This document shows positions 13,745-26,217 of a stretch of 64,000 nucleotides of DNA, piece after piece. Source of the DNA: Marsupella aquatica (Eukaryota; Plantae; Marchantiophyta); NCBI GenBank assembly GCA_973895155.1, contig OZ316894.1, positions 22,812,609-22,876,608 of the forward strand, given 5' to 3'. The position numbers were made by a program, and so were the translations under genes. Within the stretch, counting starts at the first letter, position 1, and each line of letters begins with the position of its first letter. The notes beneath the pieces are model-generated. The model saw only the letters and a list, made by a program, of their open reading frames with translations. It searched no databases and was not told the DNA's origin.

Positions 13745-15825
13745 CTAGCTCAATACCCGTGCGTTGCAGAAAAGAAGTCGTGTCGGCCAAGATGTTGTTG
13801 AGAAAAAAAGATGTTGAGTTGGCCAATCGGTTGTTGAGAGAAAAAATGTCTTGTCGGCCAAGATGTCGTTGAGAAAGAAGATGTCATGTTGGCAAAGCCA
13901 TCGTTGAGGGAAAAGATGTCGTCTCAGCCAAGATATCGTTGAGGGAAAATATCCGTGTGTTGCACAAAAGATGTCGTTAAGAAAAAAGATGTTGCCCAAT
14001 GAAAATGTCGTTAAAATAAACATGTTGTGGTGCCCAAGATATCGTTAAGAAAACAGATGTCTTGTCCCCCAAGATGTCCCTAAGAGAAAAGTGTGTGGCG
14101 CCCAAAATGCTGTTAAGAGAAAATATGTTGTGTTTCCCAAGAATGATATTCTTATGTGAAAGATGTCATGAAGTAAAACTATGTTATTAAGAAAAAGAAG
14201 TCATTTTACCAAAGATGGCATGTTGCCTAAAAGGTCATCAAGTAAAAAATTGCCGTCAAGTAAATAGATGCCATGTCGCCAATGATGTCATTATGCCAAA
14301 AGTGTCGTTAAGTATTAAGATGTTGTTAAGTAGAAAATGGTCAATAGATAAAGTATGTCATTAGTGAAAGATTTTGTTAAGCTTGGGGGGGGGGGTTCAC
14401 TTCCATGAAAGTGGCACATCACGTGCGACGAAGTATAGGCTTATTTAAATGGGTGTGGCCAAAGACTTCCAAAGCTTGGTGGAAGAACACATAGGGCATG
14501 TTTTATTAACTGGTCAACTTTAAAGAACACATAGGCCTATTTAATTGTAAAAAATACTTTGTTTAAAGTTTTTAGGGGTTTTTTTAGTAAAAAATGACAA
14601 AATTTAAAGAAAGAAAGGATTTTGCAAAAAACAAAATTTCACTTATACGTTAGGGGGGTCAAACCCTAAAACGTCGCACGTGATGTATGGTACTCCATAT
14701 AGTGACCCCCCCGAGTTGTTAAGTACATCTTGGGCCTGATACCTGTGCAAAAATGATGCATGTTGAGGCGAAAATATGTCAAGGTGAAAAAAGATGTCGA
14801 TGAGAGAAAAACATTTTGAGCTGAGAAAAATATGTCAAGGAGAGAAAAGATGGCAAGATGAGAAAAAAATGTCGATTAGAGAAAAAAATTCTGAGATGAA
14901 AAAAATACGCCAAGGAGAGAAAAGATGGCGAGATGAGGAAACATGTCAAGGAGAGAAAAGATATATGTCGGGGTGAGAAAAGATCTTGAGGTGAGGAAAA
15001 TATTTCAAGATGAGCAAAGATCTTCATATGAAGAAAAGATGTCAAGATGAGAAAATATGTTCTATATATTTTAGTTATATTCAAAATTATTTTTAAAGTA
15101 GAATTATTTATGTATATATGAATAGATTTATTTAAAATTTGATTAATTTTTTCATTGTGGCAGGTATGGGAAGGTTAAAGGGTAGCTTGGGCATTTTTAA
15201 AAAGGGGTGTATGATAGATCTGACAGTGTGGAAAGAATTATGTTTTGATGAATATTCAACATTGATTCTCACTGAAACATTGTTCTCCATTTTCATTCAC
15301 AATATGGATTTTTTTGGTTTTATTCCTTCTCGTTGGTTAGATTCTTTCATATTTTTCATGTTTGGGATATTACAAATTTGAATGACTACCATGCTATAAA
15401 AAAGTAACATTTTATTATAGCTTTTGACATTCTCCCTATCATCTAACCTATTGTGTTTAATTAACCTATTTTAATTAAATTACTACCATTATTATTTTAT
15501 ACAATATTGTAATACTTGCAATAATATATAGTATCACATACATTATATATTTTTGTATTTCTTGTGTATAGATCAGGAACCTACTTAATACTCATGCATG
15601 TGCATTCGCTCCCTTGTTTTGTGTGTCCCATTGGCTCCCTCCTTTGTGTGTCCCGTTTGATTCCCCTCTTGTTTGATTCTCCTAAACTTATTACTTTTTT
15701 GGTGCACACTAAATTTAATATAGCCTTTATTCCTTCTCTTTCATATGATTAATGTTTTTTGGACACTGCAAATTTGAATGACCACCACTTCAAAAAAAGG
15801 CGCAACCTTGTATTATAGTTTAGGA
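13745..15825 (-). mobile_element. Non-autonomous Helitron, ~2.08 kb
   Basis: Minus strand begins TCCTAAACTATAAT and ends gcaacgcacgggtattgagCTAG. Inserted between A and T with no TSD: copy 2 reads gtgaA^Tgacgagc at ~24881. Interior has AAAAGATGTC-type minisatellites. Confidence 0.9.
14382..14715. mobile_element. MITE nested in the Helitron (8-bp TSD, hAT-like)
   Basis: Imperfect ~45-bp TIRs (CTTGGGG..TTCACT..CATCACGTGCGACG and CGTCGCACGTGATG..AGTGACCCCCCCGAG). TSD TTGTTAAG at 14374-14381 and 14716-14723. Confidence 0.75.
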
Positions 15826-16029
15826 TGACGAGCTGACTGATTGTGAGCATTACGTGTATTGTATCTGAATGAGTCCGAATGATACATTTCTAATTGTAAC
15901 TTGACTTAGTCGTGAATGACGAGCAGAGTGGTCTTGAGCATTACGTGTATTGTATCTGATTGGGTCAGAATGACACCTTCCCCATTGCATGTGTGTTGTT
16001 TTGCAATATATGCTTTCAAGCAGAGTTCT

Positions 16030-17251
16030 TGAATATACACATACTTTTTACAGAAAAAGGCCAAATAGAGTACAAAAGAATAAACAAGAGAGGTCCCAAG
16101 TGGACAAAACCAAACGCAAAAGAAGTGAGCAAAAGGAAACCCTAAAAACCAAGAAAGAGGAACTAAAAGAAGTGAGCAAAAGGAAACCCCTAAAAACCAA
16201 GAAAGAGGAACTAAAACTACCGCAAATGGACCGAGGTCCTCATCATACCTAGCAAATGTGGCAACAAGCTAGTGGTCTACATCAAGTGTCGAAACTAGAT
16301 CGGCAAGTGGGACAGGAATGTCCTCTAGGGGGGCTAGCCGCTGCGGAGTCACACTAGCACCCACTGTCAGAGATCGACGATAGACGGCCCGAGCTTGAGC
16401 ACGCTGTAAGGTGACTGAAATGCGTTAGCGAAAGTGCGTGGTCAAAAAAGATAGCGGGGGCCCGGTGGGACCCATCCGGCCGTGAACATCCCGAGCAGCT
16501 TGGCGAAGAAGCCCGTCGAACTGATGATGGAGACGCCCAAATATCTCAAGAGCAAGGGGCAGGAAGCTATCAGATGAAGCTCGTGCAGCATATTTGGCCT
16601 CCTTCGTTGTTGCTGCTCGTGATGCTGCTGCCCCTGTCGTTGTTGCCGCTGTCCCAATGATGTCTTGGCGCAATGGGTTTGCCACCACTACATCTGCCAA
16701 AGTACGGTGACCTTCACGGACCATGGTAAGATCCACCCGTAACCGCTGTGATGGAGGACCAGGTAACTCGAGCACCACCTCCCGCCGCGCGCAGACCAAA
16801 GAGCCAGAGAGAACCTGAGCAGTCGCATCTCTCACAGTGTCGTGAACAAAAATGGTTTCGCCGCCCAAACTGCATTGAAAAAGATGGACACCTGTGGCAT
16901 CACAAGGCTTCCCACAAGTGCAAGTAGGAGGTAAACCAGCAAGAAGTGGGTGGGGCAAGCCCATACGAAGATGCATGGCTGTCACAAACTCCGCTGAAGA
17001 CATCCGCAGGTGAGGAATGACTGGATTGGCCTGAAGCCAGCCTCCTGCGCCCTTCCCTCCGGAAGAAAGAATCCAAGCTCGGTCCGTGTTAGGTGTCTCG
17101 GTGAGGATGCTGGAAAGGGTGAAAGCGTGCATACGCCCAACAAGGTCTGCCTGAAGACGGACGGGGTCCAAGGATAAAAACTCCTGGAATGAAGGTAACG
17201 CAGCTCGAACAGGATCGGGTAATGATGACCGCGCCGTGCGCAAATGAATTT
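16030..17251 (-). mobile_element. 5'-truncated CRE/R2-like non-LTR retrotransposon with restriction-like endonuclease
   Basis: ORF 16425-17243 has a CTCG..HLFQC zinc knuckle, a VHDTVRD (RHD-like) motif and RVDL..DV..KEAKY..FLPLALEIFGRL. A premature stop precedes RISVTLQRAQA. Absent from copy 2. Candidate 6-bp TSD AGTTCT (16024-16029, 17252-17257). Confidence 0.8.
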
Positions 17252-17682
17252 AGTTCTATTTAGTTCAGTTGTGTTTGTGAGATTACTAAGGTGAAAGAAT
17301 AAATATATATACTGCTACAATTTGTGAGCAGGCCAGTTCTACTCCATTGCTGTTTTGTTTTATTAGAAAACAATTAAACCATTATCTCACATAGTATTGG
17401 AGAACATTAAATGTTTCATGCAAGAAAAACCTACACAGAAATGTACCTCATATGAAGTGCGATAAAAACAAATAAAAAGAAGGGGGTGTATTGGTGGAAG
17501 GTACAGGAAGGGTGCTATAGATCATTATGATTGTTGTTTCACGAGGTAGTGTGGTACACATTGATATAAATAATGTATGACACACTACTGTAGTTGTTTT
17601 GTGCTGACCAGATGCGACGAGGCACTGCTCACTTAAATCCCAATAAAGTTTAAGTTCTCTCCATGACTCTGAATGATCATGC

Positions 17683-17856
17683 TAACCATTTAGCAGAGCG
17701 GTAGAAGGGAGCAATGGTGCTGGAAGGTCAAGGGTTTGAAACTAGTTGAGTATCCTTTCCAGGAGCCTTGCAACTGAGACTCTACAATATGGGGTACTCT
17801 TGCAACCTGGAAGACATGTATATGTTCTTACAAAACAAAAATAAAGAACAAAAAGC
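17683..17856 (+). mobile_element. Possible degenerate tRNA-derived SINE
   Basis: A-box-like TAGCAGAGCGG (17691), B-box-like GGTTTGAAACT (~17733) and an A-rich tail at ~17830-17855. No clear TSD. Confidence 0.35.
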
Positions 17857-20800
17857 AAGTTGACCCGGGGTTCCATCTATATTAAAAAAACTTAAAAATC
17901 AAAGAATAGGCTATGCTAAAGCTAATTAAAAACTAAATACTCACCTAGGAAAGTAGCACCCGTCAGGTGGATTGTGCCATAAGGGGAGGTCAAAAATATA
18001 TGATTGAAGTCTTCCTACTTTCTACAATGAATTCTCATAAGTAGAGACAGGCAAGAGGAGTCGGGGTACAGGGAGAGCCTTTCCTATGCATACTAAAAAT
18101 ATATTTTTAGGTAGTATTTATCACTGCTAGACTTCTACTGTAGTTGGCACGTATCACTACCAAGACATGTAGTTAGCACGTGGACTGAAAAGAATTTCAT
18201 TAGCATCACGAATATCATTTTTCTAGTTTCGGGAAAGGTATGTGAGTGATGAGACTTCACCCCTTCCTAGGAAGTGTTTCTTTCTTCAAGACATCCGTAC
18301 TATCTATGTGAGCAATTGGATTAATATACGTTTCAGGAGGACCATTAGATCTGATGTTTTGATATGAGCTATTATATTTCTCTAGATTTATGGCGAACCA
18401 TTAGATTTCAGAAACCCTCTTAGTTAGATAAAGATTTGGCTTGCCAAAAGGAAAAATCTCATTATTTTTCTGTGTACTAAGTCACTGGCCCGGTCACCAC
18501 AGCATTTTCTAGCTACGATCAGACAGGCAAGGAAAATGGCTGATCACGTGTATTAGTCATGCCTCCACCCTGCAGTCCTGCTATCCCAATGGTGGGTGAA
18601 GACCTGTCCAACAAAGTGTGTCAAAACACTGTGATAGCAGCTATGGAGCTCCTTTAAAGCTGCTTTTTGTAAGCTTTCTCTTCGTCATAGCACAACATGC
18701 AAACAAGGTACCCATAAAATAAAGTGTCTTAGCTAGGTCTGACTTGCTAGAAAAAATAGGGTGGCACTTCGGTCTCTAGCCGTACTGTGATTGTAACCCA
18801 CCAGTCTGTGCTATTGACAAATTGTTGTATGAGATATATGCAAATAACATTTATCAATGATTATGTTGTATCACGGGTGGCCATGTCCTTGTGACCATGG
18901 ACTCTATTGGAAAACGATGGTGGCAGCCAACTACTATGCAAGGATGATCGGTGCAGTCTAACTTACTGACCATGGTAAACTGAAGGGTTGGACTCCTTGT
19001 GACTTGGAAGGGAGAACTTTATGCCATAAAAATTGGTCATATGCTATGAGACTGGTGAAAAATATCAATTTTGTTTTTTACATAATTCTATGAAAAAGTC
19101 ATGGTCATTTGCCTGACCAAAAGTCATAATCTGTAACTTTGAAGTTTTGAGACACCCTAGTAATACTGTGGAGGGCACTTTTCCAACTGGAAAACCTGGT
19201 GAATATTATATATAGCACTAGCCCCACTACCAGTTCTTTGAACATGAATAGAGATAAAGGTAAAAAAAGGTCAACCCTCATTGACACCAGCTGACCAAAG
19301 CTTCTTCAAATCGTAGAAGAAGAGCCGTCGGTTTCACCATAGCCCTCAACTATCAATCACACAATGGAACTCTTCACAAGCAGCCTCCCTATTCCATCGA
19401 CTCTCTTCACATGTGGCCCCTACTCCACGGACTCCTTCACAGCCGGCCCTTATTTCAGATGCGGTGCAATACTCCCGGCACTACTCCACCCCATTCCTAT
19501 TTTTCACCCCCACCTCTAATTTTGAACATAAATAGAGAACAAGACAATAAAGAATAGTGCAATAAAAATGATTATATAATACTATTTCTTATTCACTTTT
19601 GCCTATCTCTGTTCTTTGTTTTGTCCTTATTGAGAGTTATGGTCTAGAGTCTTGAGAGTTATGGTCTATAGTCTTCACTCTACACAGTAATTTTACACAG
19701 CAGTCCTCAAAAGTAGCTTTGCATTGCACTTGATTAGTAAGATGTGACTAGGTGCAAAACTGGTGAATGGAAAACAGGAAAAGAAAACCTGGACGGTGAA
19801 TATTATATATCAGAGTGCAAAGTAACTAAAACCCCAAAGCTGGAGAGAGGGTTCTTACCAACAGCGACTAAACCTTTTTATGTCAGTCAAAACTAGCAAC
19901 TAGCAAGATTTTGCCATTAAAAAAGGTTATTCTAGCATACATCTTGACATAATGATTATTTTCTGATTCTCTTTTGTGGGGGAGTGGAATTGGCGAGTAT
20001 CTCAAGGATCAAGAAAGGAAAATAAGTAGGACCAACTTCAATAAATTCATAGATTTATGTATAGCCAATTTTCTCTAATTGTACAGACACCCATTCGATT
20101 GTCAAGGATGGCCCAACTGCTTGCCATCAATATATGCCCATGCCATGATCTTTACTATGTATTTGGGCCTTATTGCTTTTGCTTTTTTGGCACTGAAAAT
20201 GACACAAAATATGAATGTATAAAATCAGCCCAATAGTATCTGCAATTTAACTCCTAACAATATAGAGTGAGCTAGAGTAATATCACTCTATTGAGTATGT
20301 ACACCTTTCTGAGTATACACATATTTACTTACATGGACCATGGAAGGAGTATATTTCTTGATCCTCGTGTATTGTTTGTTTATACCAAAGTTTATATACC
20401 AGGAAAAGAACAAAGTTTGTTTATCCCATTTGATTTCCTCTTGTTTGGATAATCGTGTGACTTTTTTTCATTCACACTCCAGTAAACTCACTCTTTGGCT
20501 TTATTCTTTACCAGATTTCTCAGGTTTTGTGTCCTGCAAATTTGAATGAAAATCACAGTACAAATTGGCACACCATGTTACTATAAATTTAATTTAACAC
20601 CAGCCATGACATGACTGTGCCTGCTGCTCACTTGAGCCCTACCAACTCTATCTGAGGCTTTTGGTGCTGAAACAGAGGGAAGCTTCGTGGACAGTCTTGG
20701 AGAAGCTTCCCTCTCTTTATTCATGCTTACAACCTACGACAATTGCAATCAGGCACAATCTGGTGAAAAGCAAAACTAAGGGAGGCCGACCATCCATTGC

Positions 20801-21390
20801 CGAACCTGGAAAATTGCTTTGTAGATGCCAAAAGGCCTTCGCAAGTGATCTAAAGATATTCTGCCCTGGTAGATGAGGGTGATGAAATGAATGATGTCCG
20901 CGTCAGCTCATTGGGGTTTTAGAGCTGAGATCGATGGCTCGCGGCATTGACAAGTGTTGACAGATTTTAAAAAGATTTCTCGCCGGATTCTAGTGAGGGT
21001 TCGTTCATCCGGTCCTGCTTTTGATCAGTGTCTCACGCCAGTGACAAGGTGCGGACGCGTATCTTGAGGATGTTTTTAAATTGATTGCATGGCTTCTCTC
21101 ACACAGCTATATAAATTCTTGCACATGAACTCTAATCTGCATCCCACTCCCTCTGTCCTGAGGCTGATCCAGTGCGTGTTAAACATCACCTCCGATACAG
21201 TGCATTTTATTCAACGTCGTTTAGTGGTCGTCTGCTCAAAATCTCATCATCATTCTGTTCACACTCCATTTGCCAAGTCTCTGTTGTCGTCCCACCTCAG
21301 TTACTGCCTAGTTTGAGCTAGAGACTGTAGCTCGGCTCAGTCGAGTACATCAGCTACAGTACAGTACTGATATAGAGTGGAGGCAGCATC

Positions 21391-24190
21391 ATGGCCAAAA
21401 CAATTGGCAGAAAGAAGTTAGGCACGCAAGGGCTTGAGGTGCGTGTCTGATTCCTCTGTCCTGCCATTATGCGAAAGCATTCAAGACTGCCGTTCAAGAA
21501 AATCATCTACAGTTGCTGTTTACATAGAACAGGACCTCTTCCGTTAGTGCTGGAATGAGTTAGAAAGAGCGAGACCCACGGATACTTCTAGCTCAGCCAG
21601 TATTTGCAATGTAGGGTTTGAATGCATGGAAGCTAGCTGCCTGCCAGCGAGTGAATCGTGTCGGTTTCCAGTGTCGTGACATTTCCACGATCGGCAAATT
21701 TAGCAGCGGATAAATGGAGATTTTCCGATAGATTGAGCATTGATTTCCACCTGGTGTCTCATTCGAATTAATCTTGGAATGCGGATTTAGGAGTGGCATG
21801 GCAACAGTAGTAGTGTGTGGGAAGTGGGTTTTAGGTTGGCAATCAAGATGAAGCTATTGAAGGGGAAGCTCAGGATAGTTATTAGAGTTCTAATTTCCTT
21901 TTCTCTGGTCTCATGTTCTGCTTTTGTGCAGGTGTCAGCGCTCGGACTCGGATGCATGAATTTCGCAGGCACATATGATAACAATGATATCATTCCAGAC
22001 GAGAACACCATAAACTTAATTCATACGGCATACAGTAAGGGAGTCACTTTCTTCGACACTTCTGATGCATACGGCCCACACACCAGTGAGATCCTCATTG
22101 GAAAGGTATGTTTGCAACTCTGACAGTCTGTGTACATTCGTGCACCTCAAATGGGGTTCACATCTCAATGTTGGAATCTACAGCAAGGAGTCGCCGGTGC
22201 CCACTAACTCAAAGCTGCTGCTTGAAATTGTCATTAGGCTATCAAAAGCCTTCCACGGGAGAAGTTACAGATCGCTACGAAATATGGAATTGTTTTTTTC
22301 GAGAAACCTGACGGCACAAAAGCCGCGAAAGTCCGTGGAGATCCCGAGTATGTTCGGCAGGCATGCCTGGCCAGCCTCAAACGATTGGATGTGGACTACA
22401 TTGACTTGTATTACCAGCACCGAATAGATGGTACCATCCCCATCGAAGTGACGGTGAGTGCCATCGTCACGGCTGAAACTGAGCGTGGTCAGAGCAGCTA
22501 ACTGAGCACTTGATGTACAGAGTATCGTGAAGTACGACCTAAAATTGATGGTGGTCTGTATAATACGAATATTGAGTTATTCAAATAGAAGCAGCCGATG
22601 TTGCGTGGAACTCTGGATATTAACGACGAACACATGTATATACAGATGGGAGAACTGAAGAAACTGGTGGAGGAAGGGAAGATAAAGTACATTGGTTTGT
22701 CGGAGGCAGCTCCAGATACTATTAGAAGAGCACACGCAGTTCACCCGATCACAGCAATCCAGATAGAGTGGTCTTTGTGGACACGCGATGTTGAAGAAGA
22801 ATTAGTTCCTCTCTGCAGGTTGGTAAAATTGGGTTTGCTCTGTTTTTGAGTTGGAATGCACGCCTTCGTGAAGAATTTACGTACCTATCTTTGTAGTTTT
22901 GGCGATAAACATACACTGTCTATCTCGCCCTTCAAGTAATACCTGGGTAGATGCAACGGCTCGCGGGTCAATACCTGAATTTGCGCTCCTTTCCGGCGTT
23001 TTCATCTGTACCAAGCAACATGCGTAGGTACAGAAGTAGCACCCATGAATGAGAACGCTTGGATGATATCCTTTGCTGATAACAGTTTCTGATTTTGTTC
23101 ATATGCAGGGAACTAGGGATTGGAATAGTCCCTTACAGCCCACTAGGACGGGGATTCTTTTCAGGAAAAGCTTCTCTGCAGACACTCGATGCGAAGGACA
23201 TTCGAGTCGTACGTATCTAGTCCAACAACTCACCGAAAGCAATTAGCGAACTGGCATTCACCAGAGTGTGTCATGGCTAATTTCGTGAGGCCAATAATTT
23301 CAGTTCCGCAGTCTAAAGTGACTCCGTTCATGTTTCGGTCTTTTCTCGCCAGTGGGATGGCTTTTCCTCAGTTGCTTGATCAAAATTGCTGTCTGATTTG
23401 GTCACCATCTACTTGTTCTTAACTGAATGTGGACAATCCTACATCGGAAACTGCGTTAGTATTTCTCATTGGAGGATTGGCAAACGATTGCTCCTGAATC
23501 TTTGCCTCTCGTATGCTGGATTGCAGAAGTTCTACCCCAGATTTACTCAAGCAAATGTGGAGAAAAATAAGGTGCTTTTCGAGCGCGTGTCGGCCCTTGC
23601 TAAGACGCATGGATGCACTCCCGGCCAGCTAGCGTTGGCGTGGGTGTGCAGCCAAGGGGATGAGAGCGTTAGTGTCGTACCCATTCCTGGTAAGTACTTT
23701 CCAAATTCAGATAGGAACGAACAGTGGAATCCTCTTGAAAGCTCCTCAATTTCAACATATTAAGACTGGTCAGTCAAAACACATTCATTTTGGTATTCAT
23801 AAACCTGGTGTTAAGCTCCTCGCCGTAGCTTTCGACTACTTTCGAATAGATAGAAAATAACGAACCGAGAAATCCTCTTAACGGCTCCTCCATTTCAACA
23901 TTCTAGAGACTCGTCAAGACAACACCGCCATTTCTGTCAGCCTGAACATTAATTTCTGATGAAGAGTTTATCGCGCTTTGTCCTGCTCAGGTACAACAAA
24001 GGTTGCCAACTTAAATGAGAACTTAGGGGCTTTGAAAGTAAAATTGACGCCCAAGGAGCTAGAAGAGGTGGCAGCTGCTGTGCCAAGCGCGGATGTGGCA
24101 GGCGGTAGATTTTCCGAATCCCATATACTGAACTTCACCTGGAAGGATGCCGTCACACCGCCTTTGGAATTGACTTCGAAAACCGCATAG
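21391..24190 (+). CDS. Aldo-keto reductase, copy 2; 7 exons
   Basis: Exons 21391-21438, 21932-22105, 22238-22453, 22646-22818, ~23109-23208, ~23527-23689, ~23991-24190. Same splice sites and catalytic residues as copy 1; frame intact. Confidence 0.95.
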
Positions 24191-24881
24191 AAGTTCTCAG
24201 GCCAGACCGTGGGGCAAATAAAAATATGCCATTGTTCTGCAGGACCCTCTGCCAATTTCTGCTGTCTGCAGGGTCGTCATTTTGCAGAATAGGCGAAGTA
24301 GCTGGCGGTAAAATTCTCCTAAGGATCTTCTCGATCAGGATCCTCTTGTTGGCTAGAAATGTAGTCCCTAACGACTCCAGAGAGTGATTGTGGCACCCTT
24401 TCAGCAAGCTCTCGAAACAGAACGTCAACATTCCTTTGGCAATCATCTCATCATCGATCATGATACTGTCAAACATGACGTACTTGAGAGCGTCATTTTG
24501 CAGAATAGATGGCAGTAGCTGGCTGTCTACACACCGGGTAAATTTCTCCAAAGAATCGTCTCGATCAGGATCCTCTTCTTGGGCTAGAAATGTAGTCCCT
24601 AACGACTCCAGAGAGTGATTGTGGCACCCCTTGCAGCCAGCTCTCGGAACAGAACGCCAACTTTCCTTTCGCAATCATCTCATCATCGATCATGATACTG
24701 TCAAACATGACGTACTTGAGAGCGCTTACTTGTAGAAGTGTATGAGGAAATGACATAAACTGTTGGATTTGAGCCTGATGCCTGTACCCACTTGAGCTCC
24801 ATCTTTTGGTGGGACTTTGTAGAGTTATTCTTGAATAAGAGATTTTGACACACTGTCACTTGCACTTTACTTCATCGTGAA

Positions 24882-25383
24882 TGACGAGCTGACTGATCGT
24901 GAGCATTACGTGTATTGTATCTGAATGAGTCAGAATGAAAAATTTCTAATTGTAACTTGACTTAGTCGTGACTGACGAGCAGACTGGTCTTGAACATTAC
25001 GTGTATTGTATCTGAATGGGTCAGAATTATACCTTCCCTATTGCATCGTGTGCATGTGTGTTGTTTTGCGATGTATGCTTTCCAGCAGAGTTGCATTTAG
25101 TTCAGTTGTGTTTGTGAGATTACTAAGGTGGTTGAAGAGCTGACTGATCTTGAGCATTACGTGTATTGTATCTGAATGAGTCAGAATGATAAGTTCCGTA
25201 AGTCAAAACTTGACATTGTCGTGAATGACGAGCTGAGTGGTCTTGACCATTAGGAGTATTGTATCTGCATGGGTCAGAATGATACCTTCCCTATTGCATC
25301 GTGTACATGTGTGTTGTTTTGCGATGTATGCTTTCAAGCAAAGTTCTGTTTAGTTCATTTGTGTTTGTGAGATTACTAAGGTG
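24882..25383. repeat. Nested tandem repeats downstream of AKR copy 2
   Basis: Four copies of gacgagc(t/a)ga..t(t/g)gagcattacgtgtattgtatctgaatg(a/g)gtcagaat, arranged as two higher-order units of ~250 bp. Two copies occur in copy 1 at 15826-16020. Confidence 0.8.
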
Positions 25384-26217
25384 TTCTAATTTTCGGAGGA
25401 CCCCCTATCCGAATACACTACCCGTGTCTAACTTCCGTGCCTCATCTACTGTAGAGGAGGCCACAGAGGTTGACATTGCCCATCTTGCCTTTTGGAAAGA
25501 AATTGTTCTACAGTGTCGGTCGCAAATTTTCTGGTTCTCAGTCCACCGTCGTCTCTGATTTGGATCAAGCGGAACACATTAAGGGTGGGTGCCTTAGATT
25601 GAATTCTATTATCAAGCAACGAGCCAGCATATGAGCGAGCCAGATGCATACAATTTTAATTCTAAGCAGAGCTTTGAGAACGTATATCTCAGGAAATGTA
25701 ATACTAATAGGTACACTCGCTTCCCAGATTGAAGCATTCCACATACAGATTGAAGCACTACACGCACATGCCCCTTTCGTAGTTTACAGTTAATATTCAT
25801 TTTCCGCCAAAGGTTTGAATAAATGTATTATTTGGAATTCTGTTTTGCACGATCTTTAATAGGGGATTGGGAAATTAACCCTCGGGCACAATTTTATAAC
25901 ATTTCTTGTCGATCGTTTTTTTACGGAATATTTTATGAGCAAAAATGGCTAAGTGTGGGTCTCTATGTTCGGCAATCTCTATGTCAAGCGAGCTTCTTAG
26001 CTTCAGTCTAGACAGCACCGCGAGTTACTAGTTTCTCAAATAGAAGAGTTGGGGTTTCCTGGTAGAGCTAGTTAGCCCAACCATCAGGCTGTCAAATCAA
26101 CACTGGTTCCTAGTTCTAGGCTCAATGAATGGAGAAACAAAATTGTGGGTAGGAGTCTCCCAAAATCCAAGAGTAGAATGTAATTTCATCCGGCTCTAGA
26201 TCCGGACTCGGAATCAG

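Larger units (their letters stand above)
1..17293 (+). repeat. Tandem segmental duplication, copy 1 (left end outside window; expanded by insertions)
   Basis: 1-550 aligns with ~18465-19005, 2380-2555 with ~19015-19190, 6625-7467 with ~19190-20110, 8625-13744 with ~20112-24881 and 15826-16029 with ~24882-25090. High identity by eye. Confidence 0.92.
18465..25383 (+). repeat. Tandem segmental duplication, copy 2 (compact)
   Basis: Colinear with copy 1 but lacks its large insertions. Similarity ends near 'gattactaaggtg' (~25383, versus ~17293 in copy 1). Confidence 0.9.

Noticed and set aside
13745-15084. Phe- or Lys-rich ORFs 13745-14023, 14779-15084 and 14794-14976
   Set aside because: Translations of Helitron-internal minisatellites.
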